Of a DNA stretch of 64,000 nucleotides, positions 50,514 through 62,616 are shown piece by piece (the stretch's first letter is position 1; the number at the start of each line of letters is the position of its first letter). This DNA is from an uncultured Spirochaetales bacterium (GTDB lineage: Bacteria > Spirochaetota > Spirochaetia > JABMQR01): NCBI GenBank assembly GCA_964567895.1, contig CAZMOX010000002.1:6307-70306 (forward strand). Reading direction: 5' to 3'. The notes beneath the pieces are model-generated. The model searched no databases and was not told the origin of the DNA. It saw only the letters and a program-made list of their open reading frames with translations. Made by a program: the position numbers and the translations under genes.

Positions 50514-53500
50514 CTAGCTTTCGGTTTCACCATCAAGTACTAAATTCATATCACCTTCAACGCCTACAGCGCTTTCAGCAGTTTCCGCATAATCCAGATC
50601 GGGGATATCCAACTCATCAAACTCCCGTTTCCTCTCATCTTTAGCAGTCTGAACAGATTCATCCAAATCTGCCGTTGAATCCTCAGCCAATTGAATATTC
50701 CGATATTTCTTCATACCTGTACCTGCAGGAATCAAATGACCTATAATTACATTTTCCTTAAGGCCACGCAACTCATCTCTTCTACCCGCTATCGCCGCGT
50801 TTGTCAAGACTTTTGTGGTTTCCTGGAATGATGCTGCTGAGATAAATGAGTCGATACTCAGTGATGCCCTTGTTATACCCAAAAGTAGAGGTCTGGCAAC
50901 AGCTGGTTGGCCACCTGCATTAAGAACCCGTTCATTCTCGGTATTAAACTTATATTTATCTATTTGCTGTCCATAAATGAACCCGGTATCTCCTACAGTA
51001 ATAATTTCAACTTTACGCATCATCTGCCGTACAATTACACCGATATGCTTATCATTTATATCTACACCCTGAAGTCGGTAAACTTCCTGAACCTCATCAA
51101 CAAGAAAAGACTGCAGTTCATTCTCACCCGAAATCTCAAGAATATCATGCGGATCAATAGCTCCGTCACATAACCTCTCACCGGATTCAATATAGTCACC
51201 ATCACGAACCAACAGATGTTTACCCATGGGAACAAGATGTTTATATTCTCCGCCAAAATCATCCTCTACCACCAGCAAACGACGTCCTTTGACAATACTC
51301 CTGAATCGTACAATACCGTCAACCTGCGCCAGTACAGCTTTATTCTTCGGCCTTCTGGCTTCGAACAGCTCTCCTACACGTGGAAGACCACCAGTAATAT
51401 CTCTGGTCTTAACACTCTCTTTCAGAAGTTTTGCCAAGGTACGACCCTTTTTAACCACTGTACCATTTTCAACACTCAAGTATGAAGAACCCGGTAGAAA
51501 GTAGGTTGCCACTTCATTACCCTCATCGTCTACAATTTCAATTCTAGGCTGAAGTGTTTCCAGTGTGTACTCAGTAATTTTCTTTTCAACATTACCAGTC
51601 TCTTCGTTAACCTCTTCTTTCAGAGTCGTTCCAAGCAGTATATCAACAAATTTAACAGTACCCTCTTTTTCAGCTATAATCGGTTCTGAGAAGGGGTCAA
51701 ATGATGCAATAGCATCACCAGGCTGAACTAAATCACCTATACCAATATATAGTTCAGATCCATTTCTCACCTCAATTTTCTGTTCTTGTGAAACAAGAAG
51801 GATTTTTCCTTCGTAAATTCTGGCATAAGCGATCTCCTGAGAAATCAACTCTTCACCTGCCTTTGTTTTCGCAAGAACTGTACCTACAACAACCTTCTCG
51901 CCATCTTTCACAAGAATCTTTTTAAACAGTTTCTTCTCAATAGTTCTTAGAACCTTGGATACGGTAATAAATCCTTTTCTGGTGAACAGAATTGAATCAT
52001 CATTAACTTTTACCGTATTTCCGGTAATAGTATTTACAATTACGGGATATGTCAGTGTTATCTTGTTTTCCTCACTGGTTTTTGTTGCCGCACCACCAAT
52101 ATGGAAAGTTCTCATAGTCAGCTGTGTTCCGGGCTGTCCGATAGATTGAGCTGCAATAATACCAACGGCCTCACCAATTACAACAGTCCTGTTTACTGCC
52201 AGGTTTCTTCCGTAGCATCGCTGGCAGACACCATGCTTAGCTTCACAGGTTAATACAGTTCTTATTCTTACAGACTCAATACCAGCCTGTTCAACCTCTC
52301 CGGCAACCTCATTAGTAATCTCTTCGTTAACATCAATGATAATTTCACCGGTAATAGGATGTTTAACCCTTTCAAGTGTAAATCGTCCCTCAATTCTGTC
52401 TTTCAGAGATTCTACAATCTCCTCACCATCTTTGATAGCATGGATTTCAATACCATTAATTGTACCGCAATCCTCTTCATTAATAACCACATCCTGCGCA
52501 ATATCTACAAGACGTCTTGTAAGATAACCAGCATCAGCAGTTTTAAGTGCGGTATCAGCCAAACCTTTACGGGCACCATTGGTGGAGATAAAAAATTCAA
52601 TAATTGAAAGCCCTTCTTTAAAGTTAGAGCGGATAGGGAGTTCAATAATATCTCCTGATGGTTTCGCCATAAGTCCACGCATACCACCAAGCTGTCTGAT
52701 CTGAGTTCTGCTTCCTCTTGCACCGGAGTCCGCCATCAGGTAGACAGGGTTAAACCCATCCTGATCCAGCTTCAGTTTATCCATTAGTACAGTGGTAAGA
52801 TCCTCATTGGTCTTACTCCATACTTCAATAACACGGTTATATCGTTCTTCCTGAGTTATGTGCCCCTGGAGGTACTGATCAAGAATTGTTCTTACTTCTG
52901 TATTCGCTCCATCAATCATGACCTTCTTTTCTTCAGGTATAATGATATCGGTAATACCTATTGTTGCACCAAACAGTGTTGCATACTTGAATCCTACATC
53001 TTTGATGGAATCCAGCATTTTAACAGCAGTTGAAGAGTTGTGTTTTGCAAGAGTCTCGCCTACCAGTCCTCTCAGCTCCTTATCCCCGAAACAGAAATTC
53101 TGGAACGGAATTTCGGAAGGCATCTCTTCATTAAAAATAACACGACCGGGACTTGTTTCAACTACCTCATCAGCAGAAATCCGATACCGGATTTTCGTAC
53201 TGTATTCAATTGAGCCAACATCAATAGCCATAAATATTTCATTAATATTGTCAAAGAACTTACCTTCGCCCTTACTTCCTGCTTTAATTCTGGTCAGATA
53301 GTTGATACCTAAAACCATATCCTGAGAAGGGAATACAACCGGCTTACCGTTTGCCGGATCCAGCAGGTTATTTGCTGACATCATCAAGGTCCAGCACTCA
53401 ATTTGCGCTGCCTGGGTAAGTGGAACATAGACAGCCATCTGGTCGCCATCAAAGTCTGCATTATATGCATGACATACCAGTGGATGAAGTTTAATTGCTT

Positions 53501-54800
53501 TTCCTTCAACAAGTACAGGCTCAAAAGCCTGAATTCCCAGCCGGTGCAGTGTCGGCGCCCTGTTCAGAAGAACCGGGTGTTCTCTTACGACATCATCAAG
53601 TATTGACCATACTTCCCGAGTCTCCTGTTCAACCAGACTTTTTGCTTTCTTTATATTATAGACAACACCTTTCTGAACAAGTTTTTTCATGATAAACGGT
53701 TTATAGAGTTCCAGAGCCATCTTTGCAGGAAGGCCACACTGATGCAGTCTCAATTCAGGTCCTACAACAATAACGGAACGTCCGGAGTAATCAACACGCT
53801 TTCCAAGAAGATTCTGCCGGAACCGGCCTTGTTTCCCTTTCAGCATATCAGAGAGGGATTTCAGGGGTCTGTTTGAGGCTCCTTTAACAACCCGTTTTTT
53901 CTTGGAGTTATCAAACAGCGCATCAACTGCCTCCTGAAGCATACGTTTCTCATTTCGTATGATAATATCCGGTGCATTAAGAGCCATCAGACGTTTAAGT
54001 CTGTTATTTCTATTTATAACACGTCGATACAGGTCATTAAGGTCTGATGTGGCAAATCTTCCACCATCGAGCTGAACCATTGGCCGCAGCTCAGGCGGTA
54101 TAACAGGAATTATGTTGAGTATCATCCACTCAGGCCTGTTTCCCGAGTCGCGGAAATTTTCCACAACTTCAATTCTTTTTAGAAGTCTCTTGTCCGCTTT
54201 TGATCCCTTTTTAAGCATCTTTACCCGAAGTTCTGCAGAGAGTGCATCAAGGTCAAGGTTTTCAAGAAGGGTACTTATAGCTTCAGCACCAATGCCTGCT
54301 GAAAAGTTTTCTCCATAACGTTCACGAGCTTCATAATACTCTTCCTCAGTAAGCATCTGCCGTTCCTTGAGATCGGTATCGCCCGGATTGGTAACTACAT
54401 ATTTTTCATAGTAGAGGATAGATCGAAGAACGGCTATTGTCAGGTCGAGCAGGAGTCCCATTCTTGAGGGAACTGAACGGTAGTACCAAATATGAGATAC
54501 AGGAGAAGCCAGTTCAATATGACCCATACGTTCACGTCGAACCTTAAAGTGTGTAACCTCTACCCCACAGCGGTCACAAATAACCCCTTTGTAACGGATA
54601 GACTTAAACTTACCACAATAGCATTCCCATTCTTTAGTTGTTCCGAAAATTTTCTCACAAAACAGCCCATCCTTTTCCGGTCTGAGTGTTCGGTAATTTA
54701 TAGTTTCCGGTTTCTTAACTTCGCCGTATGACCATGATTTAATCTGGTCTGGTGAAGCCAATCGAATCATAATGCTATCGAAATCCTGAATTTCTCTCAT
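50514..54800 (-). CDS. rpoC: DNA-directed RNA polymerase subunit beta'
   Basis: Zinc-finger [37 protein letters not shown] catalytic motif. 1428 aa. AGGAG RBS 8 nt upstream. Confidence 0.98.
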   Translation of the reverse strand: MREIQDFDSIMIRLASPDQIKSWSYGEVKKPETINYRTLRPEKDGLFCEKIFGTTKEWECYCGKFKSIRYKGVICDRCGVEVTHFKVRRERMGHIELASPVSHIWYYRSVPSRMGLLLDLTIAVLRSILYYEKYVVTNPGDTDLKERQMLTEEEYYEARERYGENFSAGIGAEAISTLLENLDLDALSAELRVKMLKKGSKADKRLLKRIEVVENFRDSGNRPEWMILNIIPVIPPELRPMVQLDGGRFATSDLNDLYRRVINRNNRLKRLMALNAPDIIIRNEKRMLQEAVDALFDNSKKKRVVKGASNRPLKSLSDMLKGKQGRFRQNLLGKRVDYSGRSVIVVGPELRLHQCGLPAKMALELYKPFIMKKLVQKGVVYNIKKAKSLVEQETREVWSILDDVVREHPVLLNRAPTLHRLGIQAFEPVLVEGKAIKLHPLVCHAYNADFDGDQMAVYVPLTQAAQIECWTLMMSANNLLDPANGKPVVFPSQDMVLGINYLTRIKAGSKGEGKFFDNINEIFMAIDVGSIEYSTKIRYRISADEVVETSPGRVIFNEEMPSEIPFQNFCFGDKELRGLVGETLAKHNSSTAVKMLDSIKDVGFKYATLFGATIGITDIIIPEEKKVMIDGANTEVRTILDQYLQGHITQEERYNRVIEVWSKTNEDLTTVLMDKLKLDQDGFNPVYLMADSGARGSRTQIRQLGGMRGLMAKPSGDIIELPIRSNFKEGLSIIEFFISTNGARKGLADTALKTADAGYLTRRLVDIAQDVVINEEDCGTINGIEIHAIKDGEEIVESLKDRIEGRFTLERVKHPITGEIIIDVNEEITNEVAGEVEQAGIESVRIRTVLTCEAKHGVCQRCYGRNLAVNRTVVIGEAVGIIAAQSIGQPGTQLTMRTFHIGGAATKTSEENKITLTYPVIVNTITGNTVKVNDDSILFTRKGFITVSKVLRTIEKKLFKKILVKDGEKVVVGTVLAKTKAGEELISQEIAYARIYEGKILLVSQEQKIEVRNGSELYIGIGDLVQPGDAIASFDPFSEPIIAEKEGTVKFVDILLGTTLKEEVNEETGNVEKKITEYTLETLQPRIEIVDDEGNEVATYFLPGSSYLSVENGTVVKKGRTLAKLLKESVKTRDITGGLPRVGELFEARRPKNKAVLAQVDGIVRFRSIVKGRRLLVVEDDFGGEYKHLVPMGKHLLVRDGDYIESGERLCDGAIDPHDILEISGENELQSFLVDEVQEVYRLQGVDINDKHIGVIVRQMMRKVEIITVGDTGFIYGQQIDKYKFNTENERVLNAGGQPAVARPLLLGITRASLSIDSFISAASFQETTKVLTNAAIAGRRDELRGLKENVIIGHLIPAGTGMKKYRNIQLAEDSTADLDESVQTAKDERKREFDELDIPDLDYAETAESAVGVEGDMNLVLDGETES

Positions 54801-54825
54801 TCGATGTTCTCCTGGAATATCTGCC

Positions 54826-54911
54826 TGTGAAAGCAGTATAGTAATACTGTAAAGCAGTATAGTAATACTGTAAAGCAGTATAGTAATACTGTAAAGCAGT
54901 ATCTTGTAATA
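54826..54911. repeat. 21-bp tandem repeat CTGTAAAGCAGTATAGTAATA x4 (the last copy is a variant). It lies in the rpoB-rpoC spacer and starts 26 bp upstream of the rpoC ATG.
   Basis: Direct reading of 54826-54911. Confidence 0.9.
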
Positions 54912-54970
54912 TGCCCCCGGGAATTTTTAAAACCAACGGAAGCCAAATATACATCTAAAACTAAAATCCC

Positions 54971-57900
54971 TTAGAATTGGGATCCCTTTTTACTAATCAA
55001 CTCTTCATCACGTTCAGTTAAAGGAATCTGCTTCCCTTTGGAGTCATATATTGACATATCCAAAGCAAGACCTCTCAGCTCCTGTACCAGTACGTTAAAT
55101 GATTCAGGCATGCCTGCATTAGAAGACGGTTCGCCTTTTACAATACTTTCATAGATCTTAACTCTACCATTCATATCATCAGATTTTATGGTAAGCAGTT
55201 CCTGAAGTGTATTAGCAGCACCATATGCTTCAAGTGCCCAAACTTCCATCTCACCAAGTCGTTGGCCGCCAAACTGCGCTTTCCCACCCAGCGGCTGCTG
55301 AGTTACCAGTGAATAAGGTCCTGTTGAACGTGCATGCATTTTATCATCAACAAGGTGTGCAAGTTTAAGAATATATACATAGCCTGCAAATACCGGGTTA
55401 ACAAATAGTTCACCGGTTTTTCCATCACGGAGTTCCGTTTTTGAGTCAACTGGTAATCCTGCTTCTTTCATCTTGCTTTCAATTTCTCCAATTGTTGCAG
55501 ACTGAAAGACAGGAGTGGAATACCACTCGTCCAGCTCATCAGCAGCCCAGCCCAACTGGGTTTCAAGAAGCTGTCCAATATTCATACGAGAAGGCACACC
55601 AAGTGGATTCAAACAGATATCAAGAGGAGTTCCGTCATGCATATACGGCATCTCCTCTTCCGGAAGAACCCTTGCAACGACACCCTTATTTCCATGGCGT
55701 CCCGCCATCTTATCGCCTTCACGAAGTTTACGCTTTTTAGCCACAAGGACTTTTACTACTTCATCAACACCTGGTGACAGATCATCACCCTCAGAGCGCT
55801 TAAGCCGCTGGACATCAATTACCGTACCCTCTGTTCCGTGGGGAACTTTAAGAGATGTGTCCCTAACTTCTTTAGCCTTCTCTCCAAATATAGAGTTCAG
55901 CAGTTTAAATTCAGGAGTGGTATCAGACTCGGATTTAGGAGTTACCTTTCCGACCAGAATATAACCGGGTTTAACTTTTGCCCCAATTCTGATTACTCCA
56001 TCCTCATCAAGCTGTTCAAGAGTCTTCTCGCTGGTGTTTGGTATATCACGGGTCAGCTTCTCAGGCCCAAGCTTTGTCTCCCGTACATCTATAGTAAATT
56101 CTTTAATATGAATTGAAGTGAAGATATCTTCTTTAACTACTTTCTCAGAGATCAGAATTGCATCCTCGTAGTTATATCCATTCCAGGGAACAAATCCTAC
56201 CAGTACGTTTCTCCCTAATGCCAGCTCTCCGCTTTTTGTAGCGGGTCCGTCAGCAATAACCTCACCCTCTGCAACAATCTGTCCGCGTGTAACAATAGGT
56301 TTTTGATTAAAACAGGTATCCTGATTTGTACGCTGAAATTTCAGGATCTCATACCTGTCAACTTCACCTTCAATCTGTGGTTCATCAGGTTCAATTACGA
56401 TTGAGTAGGAGGTTACATGTTGAACAACACCTGCCCGTTTTGCCTTTACCAGAACTCCTGAGTCATAAGCAGTCTTTGCTTCCATACCCGTTCCCACTCT
56501 TGGCGGTTCGGGGAAAAGCAGCGGTACAGCCTGACGCTGCATATTCGATCCCATCAATGCCCTGTTTGCATCATCATGCTCAAGGAACGGAATCAGTGAT
56601 GTAGCTACAGAAATTACCTGTTTGGGAGAAACATCCATATACTGGATTCCATCCGGCTCTTTAGTGATATAATCACCTGATCGACGAACAGAAACGAGTT
56701 CATCCAAAAACTTTCCATTCTCATCTATTTTGGCATTTGCCTGAGCAATATAATATTTCTCTTCATCAATAGCTGAGAGATATTCAATCTCTTTAGTTGC
56801 TTTACCATTTTCCACTTTCCGGTAAGGAGTTTCGAGAAATCCGTAATCATTCACTCTTGTATAGTTAGCAAGTGATACTATAAGACCAATATTCGGTCCT
56901 TCAGGAGTCTCAATAGGACACATTCTGCCATAGTGTGTATAGTGTACATCACGAACCTCAAATCCCGCACGATCCCTGGACAAGCCTCCCGGTCCAAGTG
57001 CATTCAGTCTACGTTTGTGAGTAAGTTCCGCAAGCGGGTTCACCTGATCCATAAACTGACTAAGCTGACTTGATCCGAAGAACTCTTTAATTGCCGCAAC
57101 AATAGGTTTGATTGAGATCAGATCCTGAGGTTTAACCGTATCTGCTTCCAGATTCATTCGTTCTTTCGCAATACGCTCCATTCGGGTAAAAGCAGTTTTC
57201 AGCTGGTTCTGCAGGAGCTCGCCTACAGATCTGATCCGCCTGTTTCCCAAATGATCAATATCATCAACGTTTGATTCACCGATGTATACCTTTATAAGCT
57301 GCCTGATAGTATTGTAAATATCCTGTTTTGTAAGAACCGGCTCCTCAAGCATCTTATCGTAATCAAATTTCTTATTGAGCTTATATCGTCCAACACGTCC
57401 CAAATCATACCGCCGATAGGTAAAAAACATAGTATTAAGATCTTTTTCAGCACTCTCAAGTGTAATGGGTTCTCCAGGCATCAGCACAGTATAAATTGAT
57501 ATCAGTGCATCTTCCTTTGTCGGTTCATCATGCCCTTCTTCAACACGGGTATGCTTGGCTTCCTCAACTTCAAAACATCTGAGAATCATCTGTGAGTGAA
57601 GTGAATTTTCATGATCAAAGTCAATTATTTGAACTTTTTTTACCCCTGAATGAATAAGCTCATCTATTTCATGCGGATGCATTTTATCACCGGCACGGTA
57701 GAGTTTCTTTAATTCAGCTTCACCATCTGCACCGGTACTTTTCATATACACATCTTTAAAGAGAATAGTATCAACCAGACTCTCTTTCACCTTTTGCTTT
57801 CTGGAAAGTGTTACAGATTTTGCTTCATAGTAGAGTTCAAGTATTTTTTCCCGAGAATCAAATCCAAGAGCCCTGAGAAACAGAGTCGCAAGAATTCTTT

Positions 57901-58600
57901 TTTTCCTGTCAACCTTGGTATAAATGAGGTCTTTTTTCTGATCAACTTCAAATTCGAGCCAGGAACCACGGTATGGAATAATTCTGGAGGAGTAAATCCC
58001 CTTTTCATTAGAAAAGATTACTCCAGGAGATCTGTGTATCTGACTAACGACAACACGTTCAGCACCATTTACAATAAACGTGCCCCGGTTTGTCATAAGC
58101 GGGATATCACCTACATATATGTGTTTCTGCCTTATTTCACCTGTTTCCAGAAAAATAAGGTTTATTTTCGCCTTGATCGGAACTGAGTAGGTTAAGCCTT
58201 TCTTCTTACACTCATTTTCCGTAAATTTAATGTTATCCTCATCAAGATTATACCCGACATATTCGAGCATCATATCGCCGCCCGGGCTCTCAATGGGAAA
58301 AATAGACTGGAAAACTTCTTCCAGTCCCTGAAGTGCAAGAGGTTCATTCTTCAGGAGTGAATCCCGCTGAAGAAACTTCTCGTATGAAGAGAGTTGAATA
58401 TCAACCAGATTGGGAAGTTCCATAACCTCTGCAATCTGTTCCCCTACATACTTTCTTATAATCGCATTGCCGCTGGCAAGCATCGCCACCCCCTGATTAG
58501 CTGAGTCAAGAGCACAAAAGGCTGCTTCCTTCCTCTTTAATCCAGTAGAAATATCTCTACTCCAAAAAAAACTTTCTCTTCCAAAGACACAACCGGCCAC
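54971..58600 (-). CDS. rpoB: DNA-directed RNA polymerase subunit beta. The likely true start is the internal ATG at ~58483 ([30 protein letters not shown]).
   Basis: Conserved N-terminal [17 protein letters not shown] and C-terminal [18 protein letters not shown]. The first ~39 codons of the ORF-track model ([14 protein letters not shown]...) look non-coding. Confidence 0.97.
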   Translation of the reverse strand: MAGCVFGRESFFWSRDISTGLKRKEAAFCALDSANQGVAMLASGNAIIRKYVGEQIAEVMELPNLVDIQLSSYEKFLQRDSLLKNEPLALQGLEEVFQSIFPIESPGGDMMLEYVGYNLDEDNIKFTENECKKKGLTYSVPIKAKINLIFLETGEIRQKHIYVGDIPLMTNRGTFIVNGAERVVVSQIHRSPGVIFSNEKGIYSSRIIPYRGSWLEFEVDQKKDLIYTKVDRKKRILATLFLRALGFDSREKILELYYEAKSVTLSRKQKVKESLVDTILFKDVYMKSTGADGEAELKKLYRAGDKMHPHEIDELIHSGVKKVQIIDFDHENSLHSQMILRCFEVEEAKHTRVEEGHDEPTKEDALISIYTVLMPGEPITLESAEKDLNTMFFTYRRYDLGRVGRYKLNKKFDYDKMLEEPVLTKQDIYNTIRQLIKVYIGESNVDDIDHLGNRRIRSVGELLQNQLKTAFTRMERIAKERMNLEADTVKPQDLISIKPIVAAIKEFFGSSQLSQFMDQVNPLAELTHKRRLNALGPGGLSRDRAGFEVRDVHYTHYGRMCPIETPEGPNIGLIVSLANYTRVNDYGFLETPYRKVENGKATKEIEYLSAIDEEKYYIAQANAKIDENGKFLDELVSVRRSGDYITKEPDGIQYMDVSPKQVISVATSLIPFLEHDDANRALMGSNMQRQAVPLLFPEPPRVGTGMEAKTAYDSGVLVKAKRAGVVQHVTSYSIVIEPDEPQIEGEVDRYEILKFQRTNQDTCFNQKPIVTRGQIVAEGEVIADGPATKSGELALGRNVLVGFVPWNGYNYEDAILISEKVVKEDIFTSIHIKEFTIDVRETKLGPEKLTRDIPNTSEKTLEQLDEDGVIRIGAKVKPGYILVGKVTPKSESDTTPEFKLLNSIFGEKAKEVRDTSLKVPHGTEGTVIDVQRLKRSEGDDLSPGVDEVVKVLVAKKRKLREGDKMAGRHGNKGVVARVLPEEEMPYMHDGTPLDICLNPLGVPSRMNIGQLLETQLGWAADELDEWYSTPVFQSATIGEIESKMKEAGLPVDSKTELRDGKTGELFVNPVFAGYVYILKLAHLVDDKMHARSTGPYSLVTQQPLGGKAQFGGQRLGEMEVWALEAYGAANTLQELLTIKSDDMNGRVKIYESIVKGEPSSNAGMPESFNVLVQELRGLALDMSIYDSKGKQIPLTERDEELISKKGSQF

Positions 58601-58691
58601 CAGAAATTTAGATTTCCGGTGGCTGAATTATTAAAGGATAATCAAAGATCCTAAAACAACTGAGTGTAGCTGAGCGTTACTGCAGAATAAA

Positions 58692-59075
58692 TTACTTAAG
58701 TTCAATCGTTGCGCCGGCTTCTTCCAGTTTATCTTTAACTGTTTTAGCCTCTTCTTTAGAAACGCCTTCTTTAACCGCTTTATCGCCTGCTTCAACAAGA
58801 TCTTTTGCCTCTTTAAGACCAAGCCCGGTAAGAGCTCGAACTGCTTTAATAACAGGAATCTTCTTTCCTTCTGCAATTCCTGTAAGAATTACGTCAAATT
58901 CTGATTGTTCCTCAACTTCTTCTTCTTCTTCGGCAGCACCAGCTGCTGCTACAGCGACAGGTGCTGCCGCAGTTACTCCAAACTTCTCTTCCATTGCGGA
59001 AATAAGCTCAGACACCTCGAGTACCGTCATCCCTGCAATTGCCTCTAAAATTTCTTCCATTGTTTTGGTAGCCAT
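58692..59075 (-). CDS. rplL: 50S ribosomal protein L7/L12
   Basis: Ala-rich hinge and C-terminal [40 protein letters not shown]. Confidence 0.96.
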   Translation of the reverse strand: MATKTMEEILEAIAGMTVLEVSELISAMEEKFGVTAAAPVAVAAAGAAEEEEEVEEQSEFDVILTGIAEGKKIPVIKAVRALTGLGLKEAKDLVEAGDKAVKEGVSKEEAKTVKDKLEEAGATIELK

Positions 59076-59140
59076 ATTATCTTCTCCTTGTATAGTATTG
59101 TAACGACAGTAGCATTGCTACTAACGAAGACTAATGTCGT

Positions 59141-59677
59141 CTATTCTTTTGAATCTGCAACAGCCTGCAGAGTTCTTACGAGTTTAGTTGGTACTGCATT
59201 AAGCAGATATACCACATTCTGTACGGGTGCTTTCATCGTTGCCATAAGCTGTGAGATAAGCTCCAGTTTACCCGGAAGCTTACTAAAAGCCACAACCTGT
59301 TCAGCAGAGAATAAATCCCCATCCAATATTCCGCCCTTAAGTTCAAGCGGTGCGTTTTTAGCAAAAGCAATCAGGATTTTTGCAACTGGTCCAGCTGATT
59401 CACCTGTAGGAAGTGCTACCGCAGTAGGTCCTACCAGATAGTCCCCTACCTCTGGTTTATCAAGCTGTTTCAGCGCGATCTTGGCAAATCGATTCTTTAC
59501 TACTTTATATACTGTCTCATATTCACGAAGTTTCTCTCGTAAATCAGAAATCTGTTTTACAGTCAGTCCCCGGTAATCGGTGAAGATGAAGTCTTTAACA
59601 TCTTTGAACTCATCAACAAGGGCCTTGACTGCATTCAGTTTTCCATCCTGCAATTTTGTCTCATATTCAGCCATCAT
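59141..59677 (-). CDS. rplJ: 50S ribosomal protein L10
   Basis: Position between rplA and rplL; L10 pattern (DYRGLTVKQISDLR). Confidence 0.93.
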   Translation of the reverse strand: MMAEYETKLQDGKLNAVKALVDEFKDVKDFIFTDYRGLTVKQISDLREKLREYETVYKVVKNRFAKIALKQLDKPEVGDYLVGPTAVALPTGESAGPVAKILIAFAKNAPLELKGGILDGDLFSAEQVVAFSKLPGKLELISQLMATMKAPVQNVVYLLNAVPTKLVRTLQAVADSKE

Positions 59678-59692
59678 GCTACCTCCATCTTC

Positions 59693-60373
59693 CTATACGT
59701 TATCGCGCAAATCAACATGGACTCCAGGTCCCATTGTTGAAGATATCGCAACACTTTTTACGAATTCACCCTTGGCATCACTGGGTCGTTTTCTTACTAT
59801 CTCTTTAAACACCAACTTCAGATTCTCAACAACCTTATCAGTATCCATTGATACTTTCCCAATTGCCAGGTGGACAACTCCGGTCTTATCAGAACGAAAT
59901 TCAATTCGACCCTTCTGGAGCTCTTCAAGAGCTGCTTTAATATCAAATGTAACTGTTTGTGTTTTCGGATTAGGCATCAGTCCTCTTCGACCAAGAATAG
60001 GTCCGAGTCGTCCAACGTCTTTCATCATGTCCGGTGTAGCAACCGCAACATCAAAATCCATCCATCCGCCTTTAATTTTCTCAACCAAATCTTTGTCCCC
60101 AACATATGCAGCTCCGGCAGCGGCAGCTTCTTCAGCTTTCTCGCCCCGTGCAAATACCAGGATTTTTTTTTGTGCTGAAAACTGGTTTGGGAGTACCACA
60201 GTATCTCTTACAGACTGACTCTTTTTCAGATTCAGCTTGATAGATACTTCAACAGTTTCATCAAACTTTGCAAAGGCAAGTTCTTTCACAAGCTCAGCTG
60301 CCTTCTTCGCAGTAAAAATTTCCTGCTTGTCATACTTTGCGACAGCTTCTAAATACTTCTTTCCATGTTTCAT
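59693..60373 (-). CDS. rplA: 50S ribosomal protein L1
   Basis: [15 protein letters not shown]...[10 protein letters not shown] pattern. Confidence 0.95.
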   Translation of the reverse strand: MKHGKKYLEAVAKYDKQEIFTAKKAAELVKELAFAKFDETVEVSIKLNLKKSQSVRDTVVLPNQFSAQKKILVFARGEKAEEAAAAGAAYVGDKDLVEKIKGGWMDFDVAVATPDMMKDVGRLGPILGRRGLMPNPKTQTVTFDIKAALEELQKGRIEFRSDKTGVVHLAIGKVSMDTDKVVENLKLVFKEIVRKRPSDAKGEFVKSVAISSTMGPGVHVDLRDNV

Positions 60374-60867
60374 GCTAAAACCTCCACATTGACACCCATA
60401 CTTCTTGCAGTGCCTGCGACAATTTTCATTGCTGCATCAATGTCATTAGCATTCAGATCCGGCATTTTTATTTCTGCAATTTCTTTCAATTTTTCCCGGG
60501 TCAGTGTAGCGACTTTCACTGCGTGAGGTTCGCCGGAACCACTGGTGATTCCACAGGCTTTCTTAATAAGAACAGCTGCTGGTGGAGTTTTGAGAATAAA
60601 GGAAAAGGTTCTGTCTGCAAACACAGTAATAACAACGGGAACAATCATTCCTGCCTCAACATGTTTTGTCTTGTCGTTAAACTGCTGTACAAACTGGGGT
60701 GCACTTACACCGTGAGGACCTAATGCCGGTCCAACCGGGGGTGCAGGTGTAGCTTTCTGTGCGGGTACCTGCAATTTGATTATTGCAGTAACCTTCTTCT
60801 TAGCCATAAGAGTTCTCCTTACGTAAAGTGTAAAAAAATACTTTACGCTGGTAATAACGCCTGTCAT
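60370..60867 (-). CDS. rplK: 50S ribosomal protein L11. The true start is probably the internal Met ([30 protein letters not shown], ~60807).
   Basis: L11 N-terminal PPVGPALG motif. 4-bp overlap with rplA. Confidence 0.95.
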   Translation of the reverse strand: MTGVITSVKYFFTLYVRRTLMAKKKVTAIIKLQVPAQKATPAPPVGPALGPHGVSAPQFVQQFNDKTKHVEAGMIVPVVITVFADRTFSFILKTPPAAVLIKKACGITSGSGEPHAVKVATLTREKLKEIAEIKMPDLNANDIDAAMKIVAGTARSMGVNVEVLA

Positions 60868-61000
60868 ACGATCAGGCTCCCATCGCCCCGCGCCCTGCAG
60901 CTGAGGGGATATGTTAAAAATGAAAGTCTCGGAAACTGCTTATCAGCAAGGCAGCAATTTCAGAATTATATTAATAACCAGTCTAACCGATTACCGTTAC

Positions 61001-61043
61001 ACCAGCTTGTCTGGTTACATCTCAACCAGCTTGTCTGGTTACA
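61001..61043. repeat. Two tandem copies of the palindromic 19-mer ACCAGCTTGTCTGGTTACA (ACCAG-cttgt-CTGGT hairpins) at the 3' end of nusG
   Basis: Copies at 61001-61019 and 61025-61043. The second overlaps the nusG stop codon. Confidence 0.8.
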
Positions 61044-61593
61044 CTTTCTCTACCTGAATATATTCAACTTCAACAGGAGTAGACCTGCCGAAAATGCCAA
61101 CCATAACTTTCAACTTCGATTTGTCCGGATATACATCTTCAATAGTTCCTGTGAAGGTATCAAACGGACCATCGATAATTTTCACCATCTCACCATGAGC
61201 AAAAGATTGTTTGGGTCTTAAAATCTTATCAGTTTTAATTTCACCGGTTTTCTGGAAAATACCTCTGGCTTCTTCAGGGGTAATAGGTTGCGGTTTGGAA
61301 CCATTCATGGTCCCTACAAATCCCGTTACGCCCTGGATTCTTCTGATCTGGGAGCAAATCTGCTTCCATCCAAGATCCGGTAAATCTATCTCCAGCAGTA
61401 TATACCCGGGAAGAATTTTCTTCATTGAAGTTTTTTTCTTCCCATCTTTGATTTCGACCACTTCCTCTGCAGGAACTTTGATATCAAAAACAAACTCTGA
61501 GAAATTAGGGTCATTCATGAGACGTCTAATCGTTTTCTCAATTTTATTCTCATATCCCGAATATGTATGTACTACATACCAGCCTTTTGCCAT
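61039..61593 (-). CDS. nusG: Transcription termination/antitermination factor NusG
   Basis: NGN domain (WYVVHTYSGYENKI) and KOW (GEMVKIIDGPFDTFTGTIE). Confidence 0.95.
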   Translation of the reverse strand: MAKGWYVVHTYSGYENKIEKTIRRLMNDPNFSEFVFDIKVPAEEVVEIKDGKKKTSMKKILPGYILLEIDLPDLGWKQICSQIRRIQGVTGFVGTMNGSKPQPITPEEARGIFQKTGEIKTDKILRPKQSFAHGEMVKIIDGPFDTFTGTIEDVYPDKSKLKVMVGIFGRSTPVEVEYIQVEKV

Positions 61594-61610
61594 GTCTTCC
61601 TCAATTGTTC

Positions 61611-61838
61611 CTAATAAACAAGATACAGTCCCTGAAGGAGGAGGAAATCAACCAGCCCCAGGACTACTGCGAAAATTAACGTTGATACAAGCACGATTTT
61701 TGTTGAAGAAACAACAGTATCCCTGTTTGGCCACACGACCTTTTTCAGTTCTAATCTCGTCTCTTTCAAGTATTTGAACAGCTTTTTCATCAAACGTTCT
61801 CCTATAATTCTAACCACACTATATCTGATCTGCCTCAA
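61611..61838 (-). CDS. secE: Preprotein translocase subunit SecE. The likely start is the internal Met (MKKLFKYLKETR, ~61790).
   Basis: KETRLELKKVVWP plus a single C-terminal TM helix. Confidence 0.88.
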   Translation of the reverse strand: MRQIRYSVVRIIGERLMKKLFKYLKETRLELKKVVWPNRDTVVSSTKIVLVSTLIFAVVLGLVDFLLLQGLYLVY

Positions 61839-61862
61839 AAAACTTTTGAACCAAACTCTTTC

Positions 61863-61936
61863 AAAAATATATCAGGCCAGGTAGGACTCGAACCTACAAC
61901 ATCCGGTTTTGGAGACCGGCGCTCTAGCCATTGGAG
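61863..61936 (-). tRNA. trnW: tRNA-Trp (anticodon CCA)
   Basis: Manual fold: acceptor AGGCCAG/CTGGCCT, D arm GCTC-CAATGGCTA-GAGC, anticodon arm CCGGT-CUCCAAA-ACCGG, T arm GTAGG-TTCGAGT-CCTAC. 74 nt. Confidence 0.9.
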
Positions 61937-61945
61937 CTACTGGCC

Positions 61946-62122
61946 TAAGTGAGTTCTATTTTATTTTTGTCTCGCGATGCAAAGTATGCTTTCTGTCAAA
62001 TTTACAATATTTATTAAATTCAAGCTTACCTTGAATATTTCTACGGTTCTTTGTAGTAGTGTAATTTCTCCTTTTACATTCAGTACATTGAAGCGCTATT
62101 TTTTCTACTGGACCTTTCTTTT
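61946..62122 (-). CDS. rpmG: 50S ribosomal protein L33
   Basis: Manual reverse translation gives [58 protein letters not shown] (58 aa; CxxC...CxxC-like zinc ribbon). Below the ORF-track cut-off. Confidence 0.88.
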
Positions 62123-62187
62123 TGCTAGCCATATATATACTCCCATTAATTCTACACTAATGTCGAACTGAACAATTCAGTCGTTTG

Positions 62188-62260
62188 AGCCCTCGACCGG
62201 ATTCGAACCGGTGACCCCCACCTTACCATGGTGGTGCTCTACCGACTGAGCTACAAGGGC
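62188..62260 (-). tRNA. trnT: tRNA-Thr (anticodon GGT)
   Basis: Manual fold: acceptor GCCCTTG/CGAGGGC (one G-U pair), D arm GCTC-AGTCGGTA-GAGC, anticodon arm CCACC-AUGGUAA-GGTGG, T arm ACCGG-TTCGAAT-CCGGT. 73 nt. Confidence 0.85.
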
Positions 62261-62616
62261 AAGGTACTCCATAGTATTATCCAGATTATGATCCGAGCAT
62301 AAAACCACGTAGATGGAAAAATAGCAAAGCTGGTATTTTTTGTCAAGAGATTTTTATACCTGACTTGAAAATAATCATGTTTTATGACTATTATTATTTA
62401 TGAAGTAAACCGGTTTACGCTCAAATATACTCTATTTGATTTTTTATAATTGGGATATTTTATGGGAATAGCTTTTACATAGAGGCTCTTTTAGAATTTT
62501 TTATTTCTAAATGGGTATGAATTAAGCTATAAATCAGCTTTATCATATTAGTGAAGTTTTTTGATTAAATATAAACTATTGTCTGCACATCTACAGCTTT
62601 AGAACAGGAAGTTGAT

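Noticed and set aside
55515-55964. 149-aa and other plus-strand ORFs inside rpoB/rpoC (e.g. 52918-53301, 55838-56116)
   Set aside because: They are antisense to RNA polymerase subunit genes, which are far too conserved on the other strand. No support.
58483-58600. N-terminal extensions predicted for rpoB, and similarly for rplK, rpsJ, rplX, secE and rpsT
   Set aside because: In each case the conserved protein N-terminus begins at an internal Met (or GTG for rpsT). The upstream part overlaps a neighbouring gene, hairpin or spacer, so the longest-ORF start was not trusted.
59580-60218. 212-aa plus-strand ORF antisense to rplJ/rplA
   Set aside because: Same reasoning: it is embedded in conserved r-protein genes, has a compositionally biased translation, and no motif.
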